Of a stretch of DNA of 64,000 nt, positions 12,846-24,188 are shown one piece after another. Numbering within the stretch: position 1 is the first letter of the stretch; each line of letters opens with the position of its first letter. A model generated the notes under the pieces. That model made no database searches, was not told where the DNA came from, and was given only the letters and a program-made list of their open reading frames with translations. The stretch spans positions 1,054,001 through 1,118,000 of the forward strand of contig MU008166.1 of NCBI GenBank assembly GCA_010909165.1. The letters are read 5' to 3'. The stretch is from Anthoceros angustus. Lineage: Eukaryota > Plantae > Anthocerotophyta. Position numbers and translations under genes: made by a program.

Positions 12846-14004
12846 TCAAGTCTTAGTGGTAGGATGTCTTTACATATTGATATGATTTGGCCAATGATGG
12901 TTTCCTGGATGATTTCTCTAGCTATGGTAGCCAACAAGAAGAAAAAGAAGAGTGGAGACTTTACATAAGTTGAGATGTAAGTTTAGATGTTTGAGTATAT
13001 TTTCAATTATAAAAATGTTAAGTATATGTAACGGAGTCGGACTATGGGCCCATGGACAAACTGGGTGAACGGTTGCAGTCCCGTCCCGTTGAGAGGTATG
13101 TTACGCACGTACATACATAGGAGTGGGGTGTGGTGATTTTCCGGCCGCTCACACAGTGACAGGAGGCTGAGGTGAACCGGGAAGGTGGGCAAGGAGGGGC
13201 GTAAGAAGGTGGGCATAATGCGGCTGTACGGGCGGCGCGTCAAGTTGCGAGGGGCCACGTGAGGGGAGAAGATGCCGGGGTCGCTGCCAATCATGGCGCG
13301 GGAGGGTGTCGTATTAGCCGCCTGCAGCTGCTGCTGCGGGCGCTGTTCCCAACGCCGGCCCGGCCCGGCCCGGCATGGCATGGCATCATGGCATGGCATG
13401 GCGCCCAGCGAGGGTATTTGGGAGCCGGGCTCACACGGCAGTGCGCTACGCGACACCGCACGTGACAGCACTTGTCGCTATCCAGGCGGGAGGGGGGAGT
13501 CGGGCCAGCCACTCTCATCTCGGAAAAGAAAAGGCCGACCCATCGCCTTTCCGGCATTCCCGTCGTCTTCGTGGGCGCTAGGGTTTGGGGTTTGGATTTT
13601 GTTTGTGGGCGGTAGGGCGGGGCGCGCTGTGGTGTGGTGTGTTGTGTTGTGTTTGTGGGGTGGTAAAGAGGGTTGGTGGGCGATAGCGCCGTCCCAGATT
13701 CGTCCAGGTTCAAGCCTTCCCAGGTTCACATTGCATCGCCTACCGAATGCGGTGCTGCCAGGCGGCCCACCTCTGTGTTTCACGCTTCCGGTTATGAGGC
13801 CGGCAGGTGATGATCCTCCCGCCGAGGGTGTCACAGGGGCTCACAGTAGAGCGAGCATCGCGGCAGCTGTAATAGCATGTATGTACGCACTACACAGTGT
13901 GTAGTGTACAAGAGGAGGGCCTACCAGCTACCAGCCCTACAATGCGGCAACACGAGCATTGCATGACAGTAGTACTAGGACCAGCGCGCCTGCCAGGCTC
14001 CAGC

Positions 14005-14036
<32 letters not shown>

Positions 14037-15705
14037 CCTGCGTTTTTGTGGGCGCCCACAATCGCATTTGCTGGAGCCTGTGATGCTGCCCGCCCACCGC
14101 CAGGCTTCGGAGCTAATAAGCCATGCCCATTTGACATTCCGCTTACACCCAAAATCCCGTCATCCGCATGGTATCGCCCACAGTCAAAGTGTGTGAAGGA
14201 CTGCCCACGTATTTTTGTATGATTTTCGTGAAGCCAAGCGCCGAAATTCCCCTCTTACAATTTGATGCTGTTACAGCTCATGCCCTCTGGCGACTTGTAC
14301 CAAACTCCTCCTTTTTCGAATTCACCAGTCGGAGGAGCTTAGCGACGAAGCTGGCAATTCAGACAAGAGCCGCCCAAGACAAAATCCAGATTGGGTCATG
14401 CTGGAAACTGCCAAAGAGCACCCACTTGCACACTCGGTTGTTGCCTAGTGCCGTTCTATCCATTCATCAACACCTCTTATTTTTCCCCGTCTCCCAGAAT
14501 TCAGCCTCCTCTCAATCCCGTGACCCCACCATATTCGTCCTAATTTGCAACGTCACAACACTCACAATCACATGATCCACATACACCCAATCCCTTCCAT
14601 CCCTTCCATCCCTTGCTACATATCCCGTGCTGTCTTCCTTCCCATGCATGGGAGGGCGTTTTAAGATTATTTTGGTACAATCCATCACTGAACGCTAATC
14701 CAGAACAGCAGCCCACAAAGGCCACACGGTCTACAGAAGTCTCGCCTAGCAAGGTGAAGTTGCATTAATCTCCGTTTTCATAAAAGGAATCATATGCATA
14801 TGCGTGCGAATTTCGTACAGTGCTAGTTCCAAGGCAACATAAAAATAGAGCGAACAGCGGAGCAAGGTACCTACGCGAATCCAAAGGGCAAGTGGGACCC
14901 CAAATGGGCCGCTTCGAGATATTTGAGGCAGGAGCAGGCCACCCAAGCCCAGGCCCAGCGGCCCAGCGGCCCAGCCCGAATCGGGCTTTCGCCGCACAGG
15001 AGTATCGCCCCGCGGCACTCCGATTGCCAATCTGGGTACTGGCCCGGCTATAATTAACTCAGGGCAATATGAAACTAACAAATATAGCATCATTTGACCC
15101 GGAGGCAGTCCAAACAGAGAATCAGCAAAATAAAAATTTCACGCACATCGAAAGGCCATGCGCGCGACCGCGGCAGTGGCAGGGCGGGAAATATCTGTTA
15201 ACTCTCTCACGTGCGCTGGGCCCCACCGGCATGCAGGCCGATGGTGGGGCCCGCCTGCGTATGTCATCCCCCATGCATGTGGGCATCATGTGCTGCCAAG
15301 GACGCGTGGCGGGCGCTGTAGCCCGGGCTATCGTTAACTAGTCGTGAAGACAACCGAGTTCCGGTGACCCGGTTGCCCCGTTGCCCCCGGTCAGGCTTAG
15401 GTCTGGCCTTGTCGCGCTAAAAATAACGTCGGCCCAAATGGGGCCGCGGGTGGGACCGCGGGTTATTTTAGCTGGTGGTGGCACTCATGACAGCCATCTT
15501 TTGGCATGCGAGGGGGCAGCCCGCCCGGCCCACGGCTCTCGGCTGGACACTGGACTAGAGTCGTGTTTTTAAGTTTTTGTCGGTACCGCTACGCTTGTAT
15601 GTATGTGCGCTTTTATTTCCGTCACGCTGCGGTAAGTATACGGTCCCGCGCCACCCATCAGCGCGCGAGTTAGTCGTGATCGACAGGATGGCTCAAGAGC
15701 GTACT

Positions 15706-15777
15706 ACGCGTTTGGCGGAGCGGGTGAGGCGTTGGCGTGAGAAGCAACCGCCGCGGGTTCGAATCCGTGTTTCGTCA
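15706..15777 (+). other. tRNA-like sequence (pseudo-tRNA or tRNA-SINE head)
   Basis: A box TGGCGGAGCGG (15713-15723) and B box GGTTCGAATCC (15756-15766) at tRNA spacing. The acceptor stem does not pair well. Confidence 0.4.
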
Positions 15778-16262
15778 GGGGCTTATGATGATCACCACTC
15801 AGTGATTTCCTCGATGACAGGGAATCGGGTTACTTGGTAAAGGGGGCATGATAGAGTGGGATCGGAAACGCCCTTAAACGGGCCGGACCGGGTAGGAAAT
15901 GATCGGCCCATATCGGGCTGCTAATGCACCAGCGTACGGCGCGGTTGCTGGCCGTGGGATGCTGCGCAGGCCGCGATCTGGCCGTGACAGGCGTCACATG
16001 GCCGCCGAGGCTGGGGGATGCTGTGTGTGGGTCTCTCTGTCCACATGGACAGAGGAGAGAGAAAGGGTGTGCAGCGCGAGGGCGGGGACGTTGCCTCTCT
16101 CACTGCCGTCGTACGATGGCTGGCTAGCTAGCGCCTTCGTTGCTGCTTCTGCTGCCTTCGTCTCGCACGATTCACGCATCACGTCGGGCTGTGGAGTGGG
16201 ATAGACGACGCTGCCGCATAAACAAACGTGTCTGAAATTAGGGTTCGTGTGAAGAAGTAGTT

Positions 16263-17159
16263 TTAGTCCTTGTGATTGTGCCCAGGACATGGAACAACCT
16301 TTGAGTAGTCCGGTGGACATTGAACTCCCTTGGTTTGTGGTGGTTCCCAGCCACATTTGGAACATGGTGGAATGCCTCCCGGGAAGTCTAACATCCAGCC
16401 ATTTTGGGGCCCTAATCCTGATCGGTGAGCTAGTACTACACATCGCATTTCAGCATTGTTGAAAGGAGTGTGTAATATTGTTTGTATGGTTGGTGAGCAG
16501 TCCTGTGCGAAAAGGCTGAGAAGGTGTCTTAAAAATCCGGTATGACTCACTATAGCCATTTTTGCTTCATCTCTCGCAAGCAGCCATTGTAAAAAGGTCT
16601 TTGCACGAGCTTTGCATTCTTCGTCTGTTTCCTTCTCTGTGGTCTTTAGCAATGGGTCTACATCTGTGGTTATGTTTGCAAAGTTGATTGCAGGGAAGGA
16701 AAGTTTTGATTCGGAGATAGGTCGTCTAGTATCACAAGGATGGAGTTGGTAAAACTCTCTACATAGGTCTGTAGCTACAAATGGGGGACATGCGTTACTA
16801 GAGATAGGGGCACGTCTAACACCTCCGATGTCAGGTAGCATCAAGGGAAGATTATTATCTCCCTCCATGATATCACCCCCTCCAAAGGATCCCACTGCTG
16901 TTTGCATGGTTCTTGTCAATGGAGAGGTAATGACTACTTCTACAGAATGGAGAAGACATTTATCTAAGATATGTTGACGTAAGCCAGCAACTTGTTGCCA
17001 CCCTAATGGTGTAAGACTCGCATCCAAGTATTCACATGATGCATACGCATTGGGATCGGTTTCTAGTGCAGCATTGTGAAAACCTTGAGCATGTCTTACA
17101 AGGTATAAAATCTTACTCCTACAAAGAGGATACAAAGCTAGGTCTATGTGAGAGGTCAT
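16263..17159 (-). CDS. Phosphoglycerate mutase-like protein (histidine phosphatase superfamily), intronless
   Basis: 298 aa ORF with LYPL..SKILYLVRHAQGFHN, DASLTPLGWQQV, SPLTRTMQTAVGSFG, HPCDTRR and IVSHTGFL. This is the RH(A/G) catalytic motif plus the second His of the plant PGM-like family. Confidence 0.9.
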   Translation of the reverse strand: MTSHIDLALYPLCRSKILYLVRHAQGFHNAALETDPNAYASCEYLDASLTPLGWQQVAGLRQHILDKCLLHSVEVVITSPLTRTMQTAVGSFGGGDIMEGDNNLPLMLPDIGGVRRAPISSNACPPFVATDLCREFYQLHPCDTRRPISESKLSFPAINFANITTDVDPLLKTTEKETDEECKARAKTFLQWLLARDEAKMAIVSHTGFLRHLLSLFAQDCSPTIQTILHTPFNNAEMRCVVLAHRSGLGPQNGWMLDFPGGIPPCSKCGWEPPQTKGVQCPPDYSKVVPCPGHNHKD

Positions 17160-17768
17160 TTCTCACGATTAGCAACTCACTATTCGTTCCGCAAACACAA
17201 AAGCTAGTTCATAAAAAAAGAATCCACAATTGATTACAACATAGCAAAAGAAAAAAATGTATTTGACAATGGTTTACTTACGTATTATGTTACCAAATTT
17301 ATTTTTATCAAAAAGAATAATTTATCACTCAATTATATACTAGAGTGATCACCAGAGTACAAATCAAACAAGAAGGAGTGAAATGAGACCATAGCATAAA
17401 TATGGAAGAGTACAAAAACTAAAGCAAAAACATCTTGGAGTCCTCCATAAAGAGAGTAGTCATTGAGGAGCTTTTCCCAAAAATACTTATAATATTATAC
17501 TACGTCTTTTGCAATTTATGATGAAGTTCTTTTGTCCTTTGCATCTCTAGAGATGCACAAAATTGGGTCTTTTATTCTTTTGAATAAGATAGTTTGTACA
17601 ACACTATGTAGTGTGAGATCAGATTCTCTCATTTTAATCCCTTATTCAAATATTTAAAAATTATAGTTTATTTTTAAATGTATAATATATATATACATTA
17701 TACAGAATTGGAATCTTGTGAAAATGACAAAACTTTATTGAAGTTAGCTTTAAACCACTAAAAGTGAA

Positions 17769-18400
17769 AATTCAATGATTTCTTTGGCAGCCTTTTGGTA
17801 GATGGCCTCATGCCATCTATATTTATACAATACAATATTTTCCATTCCTTTGAAACTTGTTAAGTTAGACACACTTAGTGATATTAAGGATATCTATATG
17901 ATAAAATAAGCATATGAATTAAAGATTGAAAGGAAAAGAACTTCAAAAAAATATATCCTTTGAGCCTAGTGGAAATTCAATGATTGCCTTGGCTGCCCTT
18001 TGGTAGATGGTTTCATGCCATTTATACTTATACAATAAAGTATTTTTTTTCTTTAACTTGTTATTGTTAGAACACATTTGATGATATTTTGTGTGCCAAA
18101 ATATTTCAGATAAACAATAGTAAAATTACATACAATGTTTGTACCAACACTCTTGGCTGTAGAAAAGTAACAAACTTGGGACAGTGAGAAACTTGTGGTG
18201 AGAGCACCACATAAGAGTGCATAGGGAGGACACCACAGGGAGAGTGCATAATGAGGACACCAAATTGCATAGAAACCTATTTTAGAGTAGCATCCATCCT
18301 ACTGACTTGGAAGTCATCATTGAAGAAACTCATAACATTTGGTAATATCAAGGATACTTATATAATAAAATAAATAGGTGAATTATAGACTGAAAGAAAA
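17769..18400 (+). repeat. AT-rich diverged direct repeats (about 205 bp period)
   Basis: 'aattcaatgatt..cttggc.gcc.tttggtagatgg..tcatgccat.tata.ttatacaat' at 17769 and 17974; 'atat.aaggata...tata.taaaataa...tgaatta.aga.tgaaag' at about 17880 and 18345. Confidence 0.65.
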
Positions 18401-19404
18401 AAAAACTTAAGAAGAGTAGATCCTTTAAACCAGATAACCAAGTAGGTGCTAAGAAAAATAGCTACAAGTGGAGAGACTAATACAGTATTCTAGAAGGTTA
18501 GAAGGCGTTTGATTGGTATGTTTGAGTAGAAGTAGTGTGTGTGGGTGTCTGACATAAGAAGAACCGCATCTTCTTTGAACCTTAGAACCAAACGGTTGGG
18601 GTAGAAAGGGAATAGGCCAATATGACAGTAAACACATCATATTGTGGTTTGAAATGATGAAGGAGTTAAGAGAAGGGGCATTTGGGTCTGATTTGAGGAT
18701 GGAGTTGAAAACTGGAGAGCATGGTATGGAAGTGGCATCTGTTCGTCCTGGGCAGTGAGTAAATAAGGGAATGTGGGGAAGCGAGGAGTCGAGGCAGAGA
18801 AGGCGCTTAGTTTAATGTGATTTAAATCCTGGGAGTACAAAGGAGATGATTGTGCAGATGCAGTGATGCTGATGCAGAGATGGCAGGGCAGGGGCAGAGC
18901 AGCGCATAGGAGGGCAGAGATGGTGGTTGAATCCTGTTATGTAAACAAGAAGGTGCGGGCGCGGCGAACAAGCAAGCGATGACGCAGTGAATGAAGACTG
19001 GAGCCGCAAGAAGGGTCTCCTGAGACTCTGAGAGATGGAACTTTCAACACTGGCAAACGGCAGGAGCAGGGCACTCGATGGCACAGAGCATGGCAGGCAG
19101 GCACGGCGGGCACGCATGGCGGCCGCGGCAAGCAAAGGCCTGCCATTTGCGACGCAGGCCTGGCTGGCCTCCCGGCGCTGACCGCTTTGAAGGCCCTACG
19201 ACTGCAGGACCAGGAGACAGCGGGACGGAAGGAGGGTGGGCGGAATATGCTGCCGGATGCGGAATCTCATCCCGGCTCGTGTTATGGCGATGGCATGTGA
19301 TGCTGCGCAAGTTGGAGGCGTGATTTGGAGTCCTGGCCACGGGCCACCACGTTGGCAGCTGCCAGGTATTGGTGGTGGCAGCACAAGGAGCAGGAGCAGG
19401 AGCA

Positions 19405-22137
19405 GGAGCAGCAGCGGAAGCAGGCCCAGGCCCAGGCCCAGGCTCAGGCTCAGGCTCAGGCCCAGGAGAGGGCGCTTCAATGTTATCCTCCTTCAACCTT
19501 TCCCCCCTCCTCAGGCTCCCCGCGAGGCGCCTCTATGTTGGGGTGGTCGAATTGCGAACTTGGGTGGCACGCGCCAAGGCGGCACCTCTGAGGCTGTGAG
19601 GCGGGCGTGACGCCATGGATGTACCTGCTCCGCAGGCCGCCTGGGGATTCGGCGAGCAGCTTGCGCTCGGCTCGTGCCAGCCGCTGACACCCGGACACAA
19701 ATCGGGCCAGGGCCAGGCTGCCCTCGAGCACGCCAGGCCCGGGTCTGAGAGCAGCCCAGCAGGGGGCTCACCTTCCACCCACCTCCTCCATCTCCACAAT
19801 ACGATTTACATGGCCCATCACCATATCTCCCATGGAGGCCATGGAGCCATGACCTCCATGGCCTGGCAGTGCCTGCAGCAGCCCGCCCCCGCCATGGCCC
19901 GGGCCCCGCTCCATCATCATTGCGCCTCCAACCTTAACGGCTTTCGAGACTACTCCCTCCCTCTATCACCCCCAGCACTGCACTGCACTGCACTGCACTG
20001 CCTGCACTGGACTCTCCTTTTCCTGCTCCCGCGCCTGCTGCCCCTCCTCCTTCTGCTGCAGCTGCAGCTGCAGCAGAGCTGCTCGTCTTGCTCGCAGAAG
20101 GGTGGGAAGGAGAAGGATACTTGGATGGCATAGCATGGAGTTTGGTGATGATGGAGTGGGGCTGCACTGTGTGTCTTGTGTGGGTGTCTGCCATTGGGAA
20201 ATATTATCTACCCGAGCTCGGGGATCAAAGGCATGGCCCATGGGCTGAATCTCACACACTGTGACTTGACCAAACCAGCTGTGCTGTGAAGAAGGGTTCG
20301 TGTAAATGCCGAGACTGCACGTACAGTACGTAGTGATGCAAAAGGTGGGTGCATCGGGAGTGGTGGTGATTAAATGAATCTCCGGGCCCGCACCGTCCAG
20401 GGATAGCGCCAACAGGTCTCGACTCTCTCACACATCCCTGCTGTCAGAAGGGGATCTGGCCAGGCCCAGGCCCAGGCCCAGGCCCAGGCCCAGGCGCAGC
20501 TCTCTCTCACACGCTGGATCATCACTTTCACACAAGCCTGCCTGCCTGCCTCCTGCCTGCCTGCCTCCTGCCTCCTGCCTCCTGCCTCCTGCCTCCTCCC
20601 TCTTGTGTCAGATGCCTCCCTTCGTATGTACATACAAAGTTTGTAATCTGCTGCATCCACCACTGGAACTGCAACAGCAGCAACTGCAACTGCTGCTACA
20701 GCAGCCATCGCAGCTATGGGGAAAGGATAAAGTATGTATCACACTGCATATTCCTCACTCGCACACCGGTGGCCAGCAGCAGCGGAAGCAGGCCCAGGCC
20801 CAGGCTCAGGCTCAGGCTCAGGCCCAGGAGAGGGCGCTTCAATGTTATCCTCCTTCAACCTTTCCCCCCTCCTCAGGCTCCCCGCGAGGCGCCTCTATGT
20901 TGGGGTGGTCGAATTGCGAACTTGGGTGGCACGCGCCAAGGCGGCACCTCTGAGGCTGTGAGGCGGGCGTGACGCCATGGATGTACCTGCTCCGCAGGCC
21001 GCCTGGGGATTCGGCGAGCAGCTTGCGCTCGGCTCGTGCCAGCCGCTGACACCCGGACACAAATCGGGCCAGGGCCAGGCTGCCCTCGAGCACGCCAGGC
21101 CCGGGTCTGAGAGCAGCCCAGCAGGGGGCTCACCTTCCACCCACCTCCTCCATCTCCACAATACGATTTACATGGCCCATCACCATATCTCCCATGGAGG
21201 CCATGGAGCCATGACCTCCATGGCCTGGCAGTGCCTGCAGCAGCCCGCCATGGCCCGGGCCCCGCTCCATCATCATTGCGCCTCCAACCTTAACGGCTTT
21301 CGAGACTACTCCCTCCCTCTATCACCCCCAGCACTGCACTGCACTGCACTGCCTGCACTGGACTCTCCTTTTCCTGCTCCCGCGCCTGCTGCCTCCTCCT
21401 TCTGCTGCAGCTGCAGCTGCAGCAGAGCTGTCGTCTTGCTCGCAGAAGGGTGGGAAGGAGAAGGATACTTGGATGGCATAGCATGGAGTTTGGTGATGAT
21501 GGAGTGGGGCTGCACTGTGTGTCTTGTGTGGGTGTCTGCCATTGGGAAATATTATCTACCCGAGCTCGGGGATCAAAGGCATGGCCCATGGGCTGAATCT
21601 CACACACTGTGACTTGACCAAACCAGCTGTGCTGTGAAGAAGGGTTCGTGTAAATGCCGAGACTGCACGTACAGTACGTAGTGATGCAAAAGGTGGGTGC
21701 ATCAGGAGTGGTGGTGATTAAATGAATCTCCGGGCCCGCACCGTCCAGGGATAGCGCCAACAGGTCTCGACTCTCTCACACATCCCTGCTGTCAGAAGGG
21801 GATCTGGCCAGGCCAGGCCCAGGCCCAGGCCCAGGCCCAGGCGCAGCTCTCTCTCACACGCTGGATCATCACTTTCACACAAGCCTGCCTGCCTGCCTCC
21901 TGCCTGCCTGCCTCCTGCCTCCTGCCTCCTGCCTCCTGCCTCCTCCCTCTTGTGTCAGATGCCTCCCTTCGTATGTACATACAAAGTTTGTAATCTGCTG
22001 CATCCACCACTGGAACTGCAACGGCAACGGCAACTGCAACTGCTGCTACGGGTGCAGCCATCGCAGCTATGGGGGAAAGGATAAAGTATGTATCACACTG
22101 CATATTCCTCACTCGCACACCGGTGGCCAGCAGCAAC
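19405..22137. repeat. Head-to-tail near-identical duplication, unit about 1.36 kb
   Basis: Identical ORF translations offset by 1362 bp (19615 vs 20977). The junction at about 20775 has AGCAGCA microhomology, and differences are mostly microsatellite or homopolymer indels. Confidence 0.95.
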
Positions 22138-22400
22138 GGCTCCGGCTCCGGCTCCGGCTCCACTTCAGTTCAGTTCAGTTCAGTTGAATTCAGTTCACTC
22201 TCCAGGGCCGGCGTCCATGTTGCAGGGTGCAGTGTGCAGTGTGCAGTTTGCTGCTGCCTCCACGTCCCCCACGCGCCGAGGGTCCCGACCTCCCAGGACC
22301 CACTTGGATATATGTACGCGTTCCGGAGGCTGGAGCCCTGTACAGATATATGTAGGTGAGGGATGTGCATAAATATTGTGGGGCGTGGGGCAGACTGCGG

Positions 22401-22866
22401 ACTTGGGAGGCGAGCCACCAGCCATGGCTAGTTCCACGAAGTAGTGTGGCAGCTATAAAGGGACAAGGAGGAGGGAAATACCGAGGCTGGGTGCAGTTAT
22501 GGGGGCGGGCCCAGTCTCCAGTCCCACACTCTCCCAGTGCGGGAAAACCTAAAACCTACATCGCCCCTGGATGTCAGTCCCCGTAAAGGCGTCCCATGAC
22601 TCAATCTCTGCCCTCTGATGGATTTGTGATTGCATTGCAGTGCAGTGCAGTGCACTCTGGAGTGTGGAGTCTGGAACCTGGATCGAGTCCAGGTTTTTGG
22701 TGAAGAGTGCGGTGGGAAAGGGGAGCTGGTACGTTGTATGCATCCATGTATGAATGCATGTGAGAGGATCCATGACCTTGGAATGCGTTCCCGATACAGT
22801 CCAAATTTGGCATCACTCAATGAGCCTGGCTACCACATGCCAGGCCCGCCCCCCCATGCTCATGGA

Positions 22867-22897
<31 letters not shown>

Positions 22898-24188
22898 CCA
22901 CACAATTGCGACCTCCTAAAACAAATCATCTTGAGGTGAGCAGCCTGGACACTCGGAGCCCTGGCCCTGCTTTTGCTTCCTTGCTTCTTGCTTCAAGGCT
23001 TCAAGGACGGAGGAGGAGGATAGAACCCCTTTCTCCCCTCCTCTCTTCCTGCTTTTCTTCCTTCTTTGCTAAGAAGGAACAAAAAGAAAATCATCAACAA
23101 GAACATGCGGGTGGGAGGCGAGGTTTCTGTGTTGGGTTTCGCTCAAGTCAACATTTTATCTGGTGGGTTTTTTTGGGATTTCTAACCTTCCCTTCAAGAC
23201 AACGCTTATGGGCGGTACGTGGTGGAGCATAAATGTGGAAAGCCGTGCGGATCTCAGGACACGGAGAAAGGGAAGGCAGCAGGCAGGAAGGGGCTTGGGA
23301 GGCGAGCCACCAGCCATGGCTAGTTCCACGAAGTAGTGTGGCAGCTATAAAGGGACAAGGAGGAGGGAAATACCGAGGCTGGGTGCAGTTATGGGGGCGG
23401 GCCCAGTCTCCAGTCCCACACTCTCCCAGTGCGGGAAAACCTAAAACCTACATCGCCCCTGGATGTCAGTCCCGTAAAGGCGTCCCATGACTCAATCTCT
23501 GCCCCTCTGATGGATTTGTGATTGCATTGCAGTGCAGTGCAGTGCACTCTGGAGTGTGGAGTCTGGAACCTGGATCGAGTCCAGGTTTTTGGTGAAGAGT
23601 GCGGTGGGAAAGGGGAGCTGGTACGTTGTATGCATCCATGTATGAATGCATGTGAGAGGATCCATGACCTTGGAATGCGTTCCCGATACAGTCCAAATTT
23701 GGCATCACTCAATGAGCCTGGCTACCACATGCCAGGCCTGCTTCATGCTCATGGACATGCCCATGCCCATGCCCATGCCCCCACACAATTGCGACCTCCT
23801 AAAACAAATCATCTTGAGGTGAGCAGCCTGGACACTCGGAGCCCTGGCCCTGCTTTTGCTTCCTTGCTTCTTGCTTCAAGGCTTCAAGGACGGAGGAGGA
23901 GGATAGAACCCCTTTCTCCCCTCCTCTCTTCCTGCTTTTCTTCCTTCTTTGCTAAGAAGGAACAAAAAGAAAATCATCAACAAGAACATGCGGGTGGGAG
24001 GCGAGGTTTCTGTGTTGGGTTTCGCTCAAGTCAACATTTTATCTGGTGGGTTTTTTTGGGATTTCTAACCTTCCCTTCAAGACAACGCTTATGGGCGGTA
24101 CGTGGTGGAGCATAAATGTGGAAAGCCGTGCGGATCTCGGGACACGGAGAAAGGGGAAGGCAGCAGGCAGGGAAGGGAAGCTTGGGAA
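22401..24188. repeat. Head-to-tail near-identical duplication, unit about 0.89 kb
   Basis: 22630 and 23522 ORFs are nearly identical (offset 892). Junction microhomology CTTGGGA at about 23294. Confidence 0.95.

Noticed and set aside
8380-16200. Numerous 60-210 aa ORFs in GC-rich, microsatellite-rich DNA (also 22-29 kb)
   Set aside because: They have no recognisable domains and overlap in all frames, which high GC and simple repeats explain.
19058-19078. miR164-like 'ggcaggagcagggcac'
   Set aside because: Only about 14 of 21 positions match and there is no hairpin partner.
20398-20410. AGGGATAGCGCC matches the 3' 12 nt of miR390 (also at about 21747)
   Set aside because: The seed half does not match, and there is no hairpin, second site or tasiARF/tasiAP2 sequence, so this is not MIR390 or TAS3.
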